A DNA stretch of 64,000 nt from Marsupella aquatica (taxonomy: Eukaryota > Plantae > Marchantiophyta), in NCBI GenBank assembly GCA_973895155.1, contig OZ316892.1, positions 18,652,357 through 18,716,356 of the forward strand. The letters are read 5' to 3'. Positions within the stretch are counted from its first letter, which is position 1. Every line of letters starts with the position of its first letter. The notes under the pieces were generated by a model. It did no database searches. It was not told the DNA's origin and saw only the letters and a program-made list of their open reading frames with translations. Of this stretch, positions 1 through 13,856 are shown piece by piece. The translations under genes were made by a program, and so were the position numbers.

Positions 1-12
1 CCGCAGCCACAC

Positions 13-860
13 CATGCAAAGAAGCATGACTCCCCTGCCCATTCCATTCGTGCAGCACTACCTCTTGGAGAACCAAAAAACAGGTTTTATTTGCCTTTGG
101 ATGTGATGGTATACATCCATGGTTGCACTTTTGGCAAATCACTCCAAAAGTCATACGACTTGGGAGTGATTTCCCCAAAGGTGCATCATGCCTTAAGGAA
201 ACACAAAAACATGTGTCCAAAGTGTTTATGTTGCAACTAGTGGTTGGACAATGATGAGTATAGTGTCCCGCACCTAGTGGAGGGGTTCTCACCTCGATGT
301 GGGGCCCATGGCACTCTAGGGCCCACCTCAAGCCCCTAGCCCCAAAATGGTCATTTGTGCTTTTCCTTAATGACTGCATGAGGGACCCCTCAAATGACAA
401 TAATTCAGGTCATTCCGCTTATATGACATCCAATGTGACCATTTTAATGACCTTTCTTGTAGTAATTGGCATTTATGACGGGCCATTGCTCACATATGAC
501 CCAATAAAGGCCCTAGTACCTCCAAAGAGAGCCAACTTTAGATTCCTTGCAAGGTTGGAATATTCCTCTTCCCTAAACCTGCACCCACACCATACTGAGA
601 AGCATGACTCCCCTGCCCATTCCATTGGGGCAGCACTACCTCTTGGAGAACCAAAAAACAACTTTTATTTGCCTTTGGATGTGATGGTATGCATGCATTT
701 ATTTGCAAATTAAAATATTCCCCGTCCAAACACCGGCACAAACATGACACAATTACAACAAAGCATGACAACCTTCCATTGGTATTGCCCTACTTCTTGG
801 AGAGACAAAAAGGTTTCATTTGCCCCATGGATACGATAGTATGCGCGCATCTATATATGA
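13..860. repeat. Degenerate ~580-bp repeat inside CACTA subterminal region
   Basis: AGCATGACTCCCCTGCCCATTCCATT...CCTCTTGGAGAACCAAAAAAC at 22 and 601; a decayed third copy near 760. Confidence 0.7.
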
Positions 861-978
861 TGACACTTCTGGAAAATCACTCCAAAGGTGTATGACTCTA
901 CAATTATGATAGGTGTCTGGAATGACTATTGAGTATTTTAATCTTCATATCTCTTGGGTTCTTTAATGACTCTATAAG

Positions 979-1400
979 TAATCATTTATGTAATAAGTCC
1001 ATAATGACTGTATGTTATTGTAAACATTGATATATCCTGATTTTTAGATTGACCCTATATTTAGTCATTTATGTGACAAGTCCATAATGACAATATGTTG
1101 TTGAAAACACCGATATATCCTAATTTCAAGATTGACTGTGGAGTTAGTCATTTATGAGAGAAGTCCATAATGACGGTATGTTCTTGTAAACACTTATATG
1201 TCCTAATTTCAAGATTGACCCTAGAGTTAGTCATTTATGAGAGAAGTCCATAATGACGGTATGTTCTTGTAAACACTGATATGTCCTAATTTCAAGATTG
1301 ACCCTAGAGTTAGTCATTTATGGCAGAAGTCCATAATGACAATATGTTGTTGTAAACACTGATATATTCTCATTTTCAGATTGACCCTAAATTTTGTCAT
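979..1400. repeat. 83-bp tandem repeat (~5 copies), CACTA subterminal array
   Basis: TAGTCATTTATG starts at 1062, 1145, 1228 and 1311 (83-bp period). Confidence 0.9.
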
Positions 1401-1790
1401 TTAACACCGTTGGTTAAAATGATGATAATACATTTTTTGTCATTTATCACCGTTGTCCAAAATGATCCAAATAGATTTTTGGTCATTTCAGTCATTGTCT
1501 AGAGTGACTATAATGTTGCTAAACACTGATTTATCATTGTTGTTATTAATTGTGTCATTTAAGACATGTGTCTAAATTGACCATTTAGGGAAATTGGGTC
1601 ATTTTGGTCGCATCAGTCATTATAGACATTATACAAAATGACAAAAAAATTAACATTTTGTCATTTCAGTCTATTGGTCATTGTGGACAGTCATTCCCCT
1701 GTCATTCTTTTTGTGTCATTAAAACTTTTGGTCATTTATTCATCTCTGTCATTGGGTGATTGGTCATAAAGGGCCCTGTTTCTTCTAGTG

Positions 1791-1982
1791 GTTGAGGTGG
1801 AAATGCCTCATGCAAGGGCCCTCACAAATGACCAGGCCCCCACCATCGTCACAAATGGCACAACAATGAGCTGCCTTCTGGAAAATCTGACTTGTAGAGA
1901 AGTTAGTAGCATCTGCCCCAAGTACACTTATGTTTCTCACCTCTGTCACACACTTTTTGGCTTGAATTTTAGGCCGTACCAT
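1791..1982 (-). pseudogene. EDM2/NSD-type PHD finger fragment truncated by the CACTA end at 1790
   Basis: CAICDDGGGLVICEGPCMRHFH matches the first PHD of EDM2-like proteins; the frame stops where the transposon terminus begins. Confidence 0.75.
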
Positions 1983-1993
1983 GCCTGCGCATG

Positions 1994-2137
1994 AGATAGA
2001 CTCTACAACTTAGCAGACTGCACAGAAAGTAATATATATTTAGCATTTAAGGTACAAAGGCATTTAGATAGACTCTACAATTTAGCAGACTGCACAAAAA
2101 GTAAAATATATTTAGCATTTAAGGTACAAAGGCATTT
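1994..2137. repeat. 72-bp tandem duplication
   Basis: AGATAGACTCTACAA...GGTACAAAGGCATTT at 1994 and 2066. Confidence 0.9.
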
Positions 2138-2712
2138 GCTACTGCAATGAATTGGAACATTGGCCACACAAGGATGCAGAGCATACATACTTTTGGTATG
2201 TTGAGCCAGCACACAAAACTGATCCCCTAATACAATTGCTCCACCAACACCTAAATTTTAATTGTGGCTATGATTCACCAAAGGAGATCTGCAACAACAT
2301 TTCATGCATTTGAATCACATACAATAGTCGTGACATGTAAAACAGGCATTCTTCAAAGAGGATTGGTATGAAGCAGTGTCATAAGGGTTGAAATTTATAC
2401 ATCCTAAATAGGCTATGATAGTGGCTGAGACAAATAAGTGAGGCATAAATCACATTTTACAGGTTATCACATGGCCCATTAATTCATTGAACGTTGCAAT
2501 GTTCACCAGGTTAAAGCAGTCATGAAATCAGTCTTTCAATAGAGACTTTTAAGCGAGTTTGCTAGCCTCTTAAATTAGGATATTTTGCTTAGTGCAGGCA
2601 TAATAGGATAAGTTATGTACTGTTGACCCTAAACCCTGGACCCAAAATTGCTCATACATCAAAATTTTAAGTAAATATCCTTTGTGTTGAAGTCAGAGTG
2701 TTAAGCTATAGG

Positions 2713-3227
2713 TCAATGGTATATGGTCTGTGCATGCGATGTGACAAGTGGTCTTCTAGAGCATGTGATCCAAACATGTGTAGACACCAAAGTCACCGGT
2801 GGTGGGGTCTGGGAGGGCAGGACAAGTAACATCACCAGGCACACTGTAGGATGGCGAGTGGTTCCAGATGATACATTGTGCTCTGTGCAAAAATCGGCAT
2901 CCAAGAGAACGGTCATCCAATTCTGAGCCAGAAGCCCTACAGGTAGGACAGTCATATTGGCAACTGTGCACACACCCTTGGCACCTAATTTGTGGCGGGT
3001 CATGTACAAGAGACACAAATACCAAGGATATCGGGAAGGGTACTGAAGCAGGTAGAGGCCGGCTGTAGTTGTTCAAAGTACCATGCAGATTGGGCTGGAA
3101 GGATCCCAAGTCTGACATACTCAAGGCGCAACATCTCTGCCTTGCGTGCAAGCCGCACATGTTCAGCGTTGCGGGTCCTCACCATAAGTGTTGCTTTTGT
3201 TGTGATGTCCTCTGTTCACATCCTTTG
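2713..3227 (-). pseudogene. Frameshifted Cys/His-rich (PHD/zinc-finger-like) coding remnant, possibly upstream exon of the PHD gene at 1791-1982
   Basis: Joining frames gives ...GICVSC/..PPQIRCQGCVHSCQYDCPTC...LH...C...TC...TC.....*KTTCHIAC; same strand as the PHD fragment. Confidence 0.4.
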
Positions 3228-4289
3228 ATGAGCAAGGCGAGCAGGAGGTCGACTTGCCTCGCCAACAGCAACCAACCTAAACTAATCAGTTCCCATTCAC
3301 TGTCTTGGTTCCAACTACAGGTCATAGTATACACATAGCATGAAACGTGCATAGTACATATTTGATTCTGAGTTTATGAGTTTCCTAAGACAAAGAGCTT
3401 GGTGATAAACCCATGATCTCGACGGACATGTATATCAATCATATTAAGATCCTGTTTTTTCATCCAGAAAGACCGAAAGTCTCACCTTGCAGGTTGCACC
3501 AGAGAGAAAATTCACTGGCTATCGTGTTGTGCAAGTGAACCTCCACTGATGCCCCTGCTGTAGCCCCTCAGATGCAGGTGACACTTACCAACTCCCAAAT
3601 TGCCTGGTCTAACAGAAAATGCTTATATCTTTAGAACTTTATAGAGAAAGTACATGATCACATGGCGTTGGCCCTACCAAACTGTACGTTCAGAAAGAGA
3701 CTACAATATTCAGAAAGCAGAGTCAACTCTACACTTGGTTCATAAACATACTTCTGGATCTATTCATATTTGGCCTTATGGAACTCTTGCCAACTACAAC
3801 TCCCATTATGCACAAGCTCACATCAATAGAGAAAGATACAGAATGCATACTTACTATGGCTGTAAGCACCTTCACTACCTTGTTGAACCCAGTCCTGAAG
3901 TCTTTTCAACGTGTTTGTTGTGCTGTCTCCTTTGATACCCAACACCTTAGTCCTTGATGTAACAGAATGCGATTTGACAAGTTAGATGCTTTGGAACCTT
4001 CTATGGTCTTAGCTGAATTGATGTCATCGTAAGTGGTGAAAGACAAGGAAGACGAAAGCTGGTTGAAGAGCTGTGGACAACACACTAGCATGAAGTGCTT
4101 CAACCAATCCACTGCCAAACGGAACTCTTACACAGTCACATTCTTTCAGTAAACAGAAACTCAGTCAAACTTCATAATCAAAGTACAGACTCTGAAGGAC
4201 CAAAGGAGGATGTTGTGAGTTTCTCTGTTGTTTAATGTATTACCCTTCTAGTTTCAAAGTTAGCAAATGCTGAATAATGTGTCTACCAG

Positions 4290-4630
4290 ATCTTCGAAAA
4301 GAAGCCCGCCACAATTAAGAACTTCGGTACTAGGTGAGGTATCAGAGTCGTACAGGTTATCACAACATGTACAAGGAATATCGTGATACCACGTTGAACA
4401 TCACTGTAGAGCAGATGTATGATGAGATGGCTTCTTGTCATAGAGTTTGGTTCCCTTGCATCCAGATCATCAAGACTACGACTGTCCCTGTCTCTCTGTG
4501 CAAGCGAGAAAGTACCAAGCAGTTCCATGATTCAAAGATCAAGTTCCCCTTGACGTACCGCAAGATTCAACCTCCATCGCGAAAGCTAAAGACGACTTAC
4601 AAGGCCACCAAGCCCAACACATTTGTTTGA
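4290..4630 (+). pseudogene. RPL18A: 60S ribosomal protein L18a (eL20) last-exon fragment with 1-bp frameshift
   Basis: CAG acceptor at 4287-4289, then IFEKKPATIKNFG, frameshift, [21 protein letters not shown]...[12 protein letters not shown]...KPNTFV*. No upstream RPL18a exons recognised. Confidence 0.92.
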
Positions 4631-7079
4631 GTAGTGCGGGTGCAGGTTCCCAATTTTGAAACAATTTGGCTCATTTTATGTCCCGAGGGACTCCAGGAGT
4701 TTATGTATTGAGTTTCTAGGTCAAGATACTTAATATAAGGCAATTCAATTATCACTTCGTTCCCAACTTCTATTAATTGAATATACACAAGCTGGAAGCA
4801 AGAAGACAAGCCACAATCTAGCATCTTAGCCAAACACAATCATCCCGACAAAGCAAAACTCAGCTGGACAGAAGTCACTCGGATCCACAAAAAATTGAAG
4901 ATTCACCTCCAAGCCGGAGGCCGATCACTTCAGTACAGCAGCTTCTGGACGGAACAAACTCTGCTCAGCCCCACAGAAACACAAATGTTAAGGCTCCAAG
5001 TCAAAGCTCACAAACAGAAACTCAGATAAATAACATTCAAAATCTGTCCAGGTTTGTGCAAAGTGTACATATTCATTCTTCTGGAATGAACACGCAATCC
5101 ATAAGAACGAAAGTAGGAAGGCATGCGCACAGGCCACCGAGAAAAGTAAAGGATGCATGTGTTAGTGGGGAGGGATCTTAGCAAAAACAGGGGAAAGCAA
5201 GGGAACTTGCTGCTAAAATCAGATGAACGATTGCACGGTTCCTATAAATTTAGTGGACCTTAAGGCCGTCTGTTCACCCCCCACCCCACCGCCAGAGCAC
5301 GGGGCACAAGGCATGTTCTGATACAGGGAGGAGCGAAACAGTCATGTCAAGCAAGAAGTGTGGAGAGACCAATCAGTAAGCAAAAATAGGGGAGAACATA
5401 CATACATCAGCAGCAGCAAGAAACAAGAAAGATGATTTCGGGTGGCATCTTAGGGTCGGGGACACCACTGCAACACCGGGACTTAGGATATGACTAAATG
5501 TAAGCTACACAGTCCTCCATTCTCTTCAACAATTACCTTAAACAGTGAAGTAATCTAAATGGATGTTGATCAAAATCAATTTAAACTACGCGGCCCTTGG
5601 TTCTGCTGCGGCTACAGCAGCCAAGAGAACAGCTCAGAGCCTTGATTGAAGACTGTGCTCTCAAACTAAGCTAAAGACAGAGAGATATAGAGAGAGACAA
5701 AAAAAAGTTGACAGGAGTGCAAATCGAGAACCCACTCCCATTCTTTCAACACCCTAAACCCCGCTGCTTGACTTAAGTTGCATGGCGACAGAAGCAGTCA
5801 TTGAAAACTTACCTTGTGATGACAAAAATGCTCTGGGATGGGCTGCTACTCCCAGGACTATCCCACACTCTCAGCGCCCCGTTGCTATTGAGCCACACTT
5901 CAGTTCAGCCGCGCACGCTCAATCTTTGTCATTCAGCTAAGTTCAGCTCCGCAGGGCCTGGACTCACTCTCATCCAATTTCAGTTGATCAGTATTGCAGC
6001 TCTTTGCTCCCAAGAACAGGTCCTTGCATTTGTTGAGCGCCTCTATAGACTCACTTACCTCCAAAAACACTGAAAGTTTTTATCTGCATTACAATGAGCT
6101 CTAAAGACCAAAAACATTCCCGCCTAAACTGAAACAGAGTCCGCAACTACAAGCTTTGTAGCTCAACTCTCTGAGCTCTCCCAGCTCAAAGGTATCAACG
6201 TGTTGTACCAACACTTGATCGAGCGCTCTTCCAACGCTCGCTAGGTTGATCTTCCAATGCTCACGGTAAGCTATGGACACCAAGCTCAGAAGACCGTGGG
6301 GAGACAACTAAACTTGCAGCGACATAGGACCGCAAAGATAGGGATTGCAGCTTTACCTGGGGTGATGCAGCACCAAGCCGCGCTGCGTAGCAATCCGCAG
6401 CAAGAATAGTCCAAATGCAAGCCAAGTGACAAGCTCCTGGTTCTCGATCCCAAGTTGCAACTGAATGTCGAATTCAATCTCCTAGCTTCAAGGAATGAGT
6501 GTCTATTGAATGTTGAATTAAATTCTTGCAAACTCTTCATAGTGCCTCCCGCAGTGCCTATTGTCGATGCAACACACAATCACTCTTGATGCCTACTACT
6601 CACATTCCCTTTTCTCAATGCAACACACACTCGCTCTTCTCGCCTCCTACTACTCACATTGCCCAACGATCAACAAAAGCAGAAGGACAGGACAGGGAGA
6701 ACCCTTTCGCACCTTAGGACGACAAGGCTAGGAGTGTATACACATCGGGCCGCAGTAAGGTCCAACCTCAACTTCAAAAAGTGCAACGCCAAAACTGGAA
6801 GCCGGGTCCAATAACAGTCGTTAGTAGGATGTCGTAAAACCCCTAAAGTTGCAGCATTGCCATACTCTGCTTCCTCACCCGATAGCGCTAGGCATTCAAC
6901 CTCCCTCTTCCAAAGACCTTGATGACCTCCCACCAGCTCAATGACGATGGCACGCAAAGCTTCCGTTTGGCTAGCAAACCCTTGAGGCAAACCGACTCCC
7001 TTGGAGACCCTTCCCAAAACCCTGTGCGGGAGAGAAATGCTGAACGCGAAGACCACTCACTTGTCTTCCCATTGAAGTG

Positions 7080-7754
7080 GAGACATTAGTTCACAAAAGA
7101 GACACAAAAGTCTATGATTTGCCTAATTTGTTTTTTCCTTTGAAACCAAAGGACTTACGCAATAGTTATATGTGGGGTGAGTGGTTAGTCACAACTTTGA
7201 ACCACCCCCTTTGGTGAAAATGTGGCCAAATATTCAGGTATGACCCCACATTACCATTATGAAAAGTACACTTTTTTAGGGTTGGGGTAGTGAAGAGCTG
7301 ATCATATATATTTAAGTTGGACATTTAAGTTGGACTTATATTGAACATGAAGCATGCATTGGTTGTCATATATGAAGGGGGCCGGGGAAACATGAAGGTT
7401 TAAAATGGTATGACCAAACTAGAATTAAATCTATGTGGAATGACATATGGTGTATCCAAAATCATATGTATTGGGTTAGATCCCATACTTTAAGGTTGAA
7501 GGGCTCAAATGTTGTGCTCTCATAAGTTGTACTCTAATGTAGAGTCGCTTGTATGACTTCAACCTAATTGCCTTAACTGAGTTATAGTTACAACTTCCCT
7601 AAAAGTTGTAAACATGACTCCTCAAAACTTCACCAAAACTCAGTCAAGAAGGTGTGACTAACATGACACCAACAACCTTGGAGTCGCTATTTCATGAAGG
7701 TCTCGGACAAGTCACGTTCTTTGTGGTCTCAGAAAGGGTGGGTTTCTTCTAGTG
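7080..7754. mobile_element. Terminus of a CACTA element of the same family as the element starting at 9441 (inner boundary uncertain)
   Basis: ...GGGTTTCTTCTAGTG at 7754. Its reverse complement CACTAGAAGAAACCCACCCTTTCTGAGACC... resembles the 9441 end over ~100 bp. Confidence 0.85.
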
Positions 7755-8258
7755 GATGAAGCAGATGTTTATGGAGAAGGTGGCTTCAGAGGAGAATGCG
7801 GTAGACATGCTTACCAAAGTTTTACCTACCAGTAGCTTTAGTCATTGTGTGGATATTATTAATGTTAGGGCCAAATTGGAGACTATGTAGATATGTTACT
7901 TAGTTACATATTGTCTATCACCTTACTCATTGTGTGAACTAGAGTCAAGGTGGAGATTGTTAGGAATTGACTCGAGTTCCCGACTTAGTTAGCTTGGCCT
8001 TACTAGGGTTAGTTAACCCTAGATTACATTAGGATAAGATCCGCTTAGTTTAGGCCCACTCATCTTGGCCCCCTTGGGGGGTATAGGTTGGAGGGAGAGA
8101 ACTCTCTCCCTCGATCATTCTTCACATGTACTCTCATTTGCTATGGAGCCTTCAGAAGTTTCTCCACTCGGGGTGTTTCATCGGTGTAGCGTCTGATTGA
8201 GTGAGTCTCTCTCATGTTTCCGCATTGCTGTCTAGTCCGGAGCCGACGGTTTCTTACA
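7755..8258 (+). mobile_element. Ty1/Copia 3' remnant: RNase H C-terminus, PPT and 3' LTR (7958-~8258)
   Basis: EKVASEENAVDMLTKVLP (Copia ADxxTK motif); PPT AAGGTGGAGAT; LTR TGTTAGGAA...TTCTTACA. Confidence 0.8.
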
Positions 8259-11200
8259 CATCGATAATCATAGCAAATCTCCCAACTTCCAAAAGCTCAG
8301 AAAGTAAACCAATAAGTTACACAATAGATTATAAGAAAGTTTACATATTGAATGCAACAAGGGGCACAAGAGGGAACACCTGAAGATGGAGCTAAAAATC
8401 AGGGCCTTGGCTCAAATCTGCATTAGGCGCAAGCTCCTGCCTCAGAAAAACCTGAGCAAGCATGCATTTGTCCAACCTAAAATATAGTCTCAATATCTTT
8501 TGGAGTCGTTGGTCAGTTTGTTATAATTCTTAGAAATGAACTAGAACGCAGTTAGAGTTTCTTGTCAATGAGTATTAGTTGATCAGTGGAGCCCTTTGGA
8601 GTCTTTGTACACGTACCTTAGCCTGGTAGCACAATGAACCTCAAGATTATGCCTTACATGACCATACATGTAGACAACCTGTGCAAGGTGAGTAAATCTT
8701 TGTACCAATTAACAGACCAGCTACTCCAAATCTTCCCACCATGTCCAAGTCGATCACTTGGCAGTGGAGCCTTGCCTGCAAGGTAGGCAGCAGTTAATTA
8801 CAGCGTGGTTGATAAGCCTTAATGAATTAACGACACGGCTTGATCTATTGTTAGTTACCATCTATTGTTAGTTACCTAGCTTCTAGAACTCCTACTGTAC
8901 ACAGTCATACCTGCTGTAACGGACTTTAAAGGCACGAATTCTGAGCTATAAGACAGTGTGTTGTGAAGTGAATAGTAGCTCGGCAGAAATCCTGTAGCCT
9001 CCACTATTTGAACCGGAGGGTCCGTTCTTAGTAAACAAGTAACTTTACTAGTGTTTGAGACGCCCCCAATTACTTTGTAGGTTAATTTGGCTCTTTAACA
9101 ACATAGGGCCACAGTCAATTGGCAGTAGTAGACTTTGCTTTCTATATTATAGCTCAATACCCATAACTTTACTTTCTATATTACTACTGTAGCTCAATAC
9201 CCATACATTGCACAAAAGATGTCAGTACTAAAAAAGAAATGGTGTTGCCGAAAATGTCATTATGTGAAAGATGTTGCTATGTCAAAGATGCCGGCAAGTA
9301 AAAAGAAATGGCGTAACACCAAAGATGTTAAAATGTGAAAGATGTAGTCAAGTAAAAAGACATGCGGCACCAATGAATTGAAGATTTCATTATTGTAAAA
9401 AGTTTGTGAAGACTTAAAAAGATGTCATGACGCCAAAGATCACTAGAAGAAAACCACCCATTCTGAGACCCTCCCCTATGTGACTTGTGTGAGACCTTCA
9501 TAAATATGCGACTCCAAGTCCGTGGGTGTCATGTTAGTTACATCATACCAACTAAATTCTTGTGAAGTTGTGGGAAGTCATGCTTACAACCTTATCCAAT
9601 GTTACAAATGTAACACTGGTAAGTAAGAAATAGGTAAGTTATATCAGTTACTCAATAATAGTGGAATATGAATTGGACATCATTTTATAAATTTCTGTGA
9701 GCACACATACCTCATTGTCTTTCTACATTATGTAGAGGTGGGGAAGAGGGGTGGCAAGGGACAGATCACTCCTAGCAGTCACATATCAGGGGCTAAGTTT
9801 TTGGGGAGTAAAAAATCTAAAACATAAGTAAAACAAGTGTGAGGACTTTTTACCCCTAGTTTCTTAGAGTAGTTTGGGAATGTTCTCAAATTAATTTTAT
9901 TTTATATATGCGTGCAAGAATGTCATGATTGAAACATTATAAGTACAAATGTGATATCATATATTTTTGGGACACTGCCAGAATTACATTTTATTCATAG
10001 AGGATGAAATATTTCATATAATTTGGGAATGGTATCAAAATTGGATTAGAACACCCCTAATTTTCTTCAACAAAAATATACATATCTTTTGTGAACCCAA
10101 AAAAAACACTATACTTATTCGAGCCTGATGAGTCTAACATGAGGACCCCAAAGTAATGGGCCGAAACAGAAATGATGCATGTGACCAGATTAAAGTGTGT
10201 TTGAGAAGTTATTGTTGAGTATTGTTAGCCATGCATGGTTAACTCTAGTCTTGGGTGAATTTCTAGTTACTTAGGCTAAACCACCATTAGAGTAGCCTAA
10301 ACCACCATTAGGGTGTTAACTGTGATTAGTTGCAACTCTAGTATAGAGCTAGCATATAGAGGGGCTAACAAGCCAGGGTTGCCTTTTTTAGTAAATAGTA
10401 TTCAAGAACACCAATAATCAAGCTTTGTAAAAGTCCCACATAAACTAAGTAGGATAAATTTGATTTCCTCCTTGCATGGGTATGTGAGAGTTTTGCCTAG
10501 AGATATAGATATCATGCTAGCTAGCTATCATCCTCTTCCCATACATTTGCTAGTGCCATGCATCATTCATGATTTCATTTTTATGGACCATTCCCCGATA
10601 CACTTATATCCATTCCTACATGTGAATCTAAAAACACAACACAAGTCGCAGATGTACAGGACAAGATAGAATATACAAGTTGAAATGTATGAACAAAGTG
10701 CTCAGATCTGCTTCTCCCGGTTAGCCTGGTCATAATGAAGCACTGCCAGGGCAGGGCAAAATAACATGGAATAATTAAGGCAGGGACAGATAACATCTGG
10801 AACAATCATCCATGGGCAGTAGACAGCGGCACGGTACTACAGCATCTATATTTACGTACTCGTGCGTATGTAACTCTCTAACGGCAACAGATTGTCAAGC
10901 TAACTCTTTGCCCAGTTTTAGATCCTGGGTCCGAGCAATGCAACGATATGGGGGGAGCTACTCTGAACGCTAACAGCCCACTATACTGATCACCCACTGG
11001 AAAATTCGCTATGCAGCGCTATCTTGTTCCGTTACATCACTTGGCTCTTGGCCAAATTTCGAACCTGCTGCCAAATATCGCTCAAAGAAAAATTGGACAT
11101 ATGCCAAACACAGGGAAAAACTGTCGTCTACCCATGAAGGAGATCAGATATCCCCCCAGTTAAACAGGACATTCAACTCCATGCATGTGGGGGTGGGTTC

Positions 11201-12200
11201 GAACCTACTTTGAAATGGGGAAATGTGTATTGCACCTGGGTACGGTTGCATGTGACTTACTGTTTCTCCCATGTGTGAATGAGACATGGCGGGCCTTTGA
11301 TGAAGTCCTTCCGGGTGTACTGTCACATGTAGGGATTTGCAAGATCTCCATGGTGGAAACTGATACCAATCACTTGTATCCAATCACTTGATGCACAATG
11401 AAGACCGGGTCACATCCAATTATATGGTGGACAGTAAGTAACCCCACAGGCAGAGCTCAAATGTAATTTCAATCATCATACACTGCTAAATTAAAATTCA
11501 TGATCGCGAGAGTCAGCATTTATTTATAAAGATAGATATGTGCTAGTTAGCTACTGCAAGCTAGTGCTGAAGTCCATCACTATATATACAGAATACAGAA
11601 CAAAAAAACATCTTATATTTAATTTGAGAGTAACCATGGACTCCAGGAGGTTGAAATCATATATTCTACATTTGCCATCAAAGAGAAGCTAATCAAGGTT
11701 GAAATGATCAATATAAGTTTTTTGGAAGTCGATACAATGACCAAACTCTCAAACTTGGCACATATATGGGTTGCTAGTGGGCACTTGTTGGACAAGCTAT
11801 CTATAAAGCTAACATGGACACTCGAGGTACGTATACTTTGCCCATGCTAGCTACAATTGAGACCCTGCAGGTGCCCTCCATGTACAACCCTCAATGTACT
11901 TTTGAATTGCCAAGCAGGGCAGTGACTGTTGATACCATACATATATAGTTCCTGTCAAACACACACATGTAGTTCATGTCAGGAATACTTACTAGCTAGA
12001 CATTCTCATTTCCTGCCGGATAATTATGCAGATCGATGGCATATTGGATACTATACAGATTCTATTCTTGCAATATACTTAAATTGATAAAAACAAAGCA
12101 CAAAGGCCTAAAGAGACAAAATTAATTCACTTAAAAATAGCCACGGTGAGAAGATAGGTCCGTGCTAGCTGAGGTAAGTACTCACAGGAAAGATCAATTA

Positions 12201-13651
12201 TTAATTTCGAGAGGACCATCTTATTGGAATGCCTCCTCGTGAATACAGAATAACGTCTAATCCATCTTCCAAGCCTTCAATGTCAGCAATAGCCACCCGG
12301 GCTGTGACTTGTTCCACCGCTCTCCATTCCATAGTTGACCTTGTGGACCTGTAGCTTGAGCCTCGAGAAGAATGTGTTTTGTTAACCCAACTGATGTGAA
12401 CATTGAGATCACTCAATTCTGGACAAGCCCTTGAAGGGACACCTGTTGCAAGAACCCTAGACTCTAAATTGCAAGTCATATCCTCCATGATTTCCACTCC
12501 GTTGCTACCTACACAGGTATGTGCCTCTCCATCCTCATCATCCAGGTCTACCAATGGCCCATCTTCTTCTGTAGATGAAATGTCCACCTGCCGAACAACA
12601 GTAAGCTTTAAACCTGAAGTGGATCGAACCTTCACGACGTCCTCTGTATGTGGATAGGTTGGGCAGATATGAAGAAAATTATCTTCTATATGATGATGAT
12701 CCATTCGATCAGAAAGTTCCAAGCACACTATCTCAGCTAAATTCCTTGCATTGGCACAGATACGTGGGACTGGCAAAAACTTGTGGAGCAATCGAGATAC
12801 TGGCCGGCAATTGTTGTCCTGGTAAGACTCAGGAGTTGCCAACAACACCAGCATCCCATAATGATTATCTGTCAATATCTTTGGTGGATTATCGTTGGTT
12901 CTCTGTATGCCAAACCAATTTCCTTCAAAAAATATATCCTGATAGCCCATGAACTCATGGAGGAAGAATTTATTAATTACTGCCCTCAAATTCCAACAAT
13001 AGCCTGCATCGTTCTCTTCATCAGTCAAGACTACTACATGGTCCCCTGTTCTGAAAAGTGTTCCCCTCACTACAACAGATTTTATTGGGGTTACTTTTCT
13101 TTCCATTGTCACTTTGTTGTAATCTGTCAACACACTGTGCTTAGCCCAATGCATCTCCAAAACATTTACTGTATCAACGGACATGCCCACTTTCTTCACT
13201 CGCTTAGAGACCATGCCAATGCCAATTCCTCTTTGCAAGATTGAAACTCTGCAGTATGAATTTTCAGGTGAGAAGCTCAGATTCTTCCAAATGTAAAGAG
13301 CCTTCACTTGCGAGGACACTACAACAATACATCTCTCATGCCACTGTGGACATGACAAGTCACGTTTATCTCTCACTGCATGCTCATCTTGGTGGGTTCC
13401 TGTAGGTCTCAGGTGAATGTGTGCTGTGACCAATGCACGTTGATGAGGAAGAAAGCCATCATCATCTTCCCAAGTTCGAATTGAGGTTTTGGTGAAAAAT
13501 AGCCTAGCATGATGACTGGTGTACGTCTGCTCCTTCTCTTTGTTGTTTGTGGTTGTCCTTCCATAGCCTGAGACCATTCGTTCAAACCTATAGCACCAAT
13601 AACCCCAATGCAGGCCATGACGTTCAATATCATCCAGAAGCTCCCCACTGC
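12201..13651 (-). pseudogene. CACTA-like transposase, last exon (catalytic Glu region plus C-terminal BAH/DUF4216-like region)
   Basis: IERHGLHWGYWCYRFERM motif; AG acceptor at 13652-13653. Confidence 0.8.
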
Positions 13652-13856
13652 CTACAAAGAACACAGAATGCTGCCAGTCAAGTATATATTTGAGCATGCC
13701 TTTATCAACCTGGACTGTGAGAAAAGACTTCAACTCACCACAATACTAATCTAATTAACCAAAATATTAAACTAAAAACAATAAATTGTGGGTACAGATT
13801 TTTGAACTAACAAATCTATATCAACAAACTTCCCAAAATTCAATCTGATAAGTACT

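Larger units (their letters stand above)
1..1790. mobile_element. Terminal portion of a CACTA (En/Spm) element; other end lies left of the window
   Basis: Ends in ...CCCTGTTTCTTCTAGTG at 1790 (reverse complement CACTAGAAGAAACAGGG), preceded by dense GTCAT/ATGAC subterminal motifs. Shares the block AAGTCATAC.ACTTGGGAGTG with the satellite at 60.5-64 kb. Confidence 0.85.

Noticed and set aside
5780-7060. GC-richer coding-like stretch (possible gag or LINE ORF1 relic)
   Set aside because: Many stops in all frames and no motif I can recognise.
8660-9100. Possible solo LTR ending ...TTTAACA
   Set aside because: No matching 5' end with a convincing 5-bp TSD found.
7755-9440. GAT follows the CACTA end at 7754 and precedes the CACTA start at 9441, suggesting one circularly permuted or duplicated insertion
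   Set aside because: The ends face outward and the flanks are unrelated (Copia RNase H versus AAAGATG repeats) and do not rejoin; a 3-bp match is easily chance.
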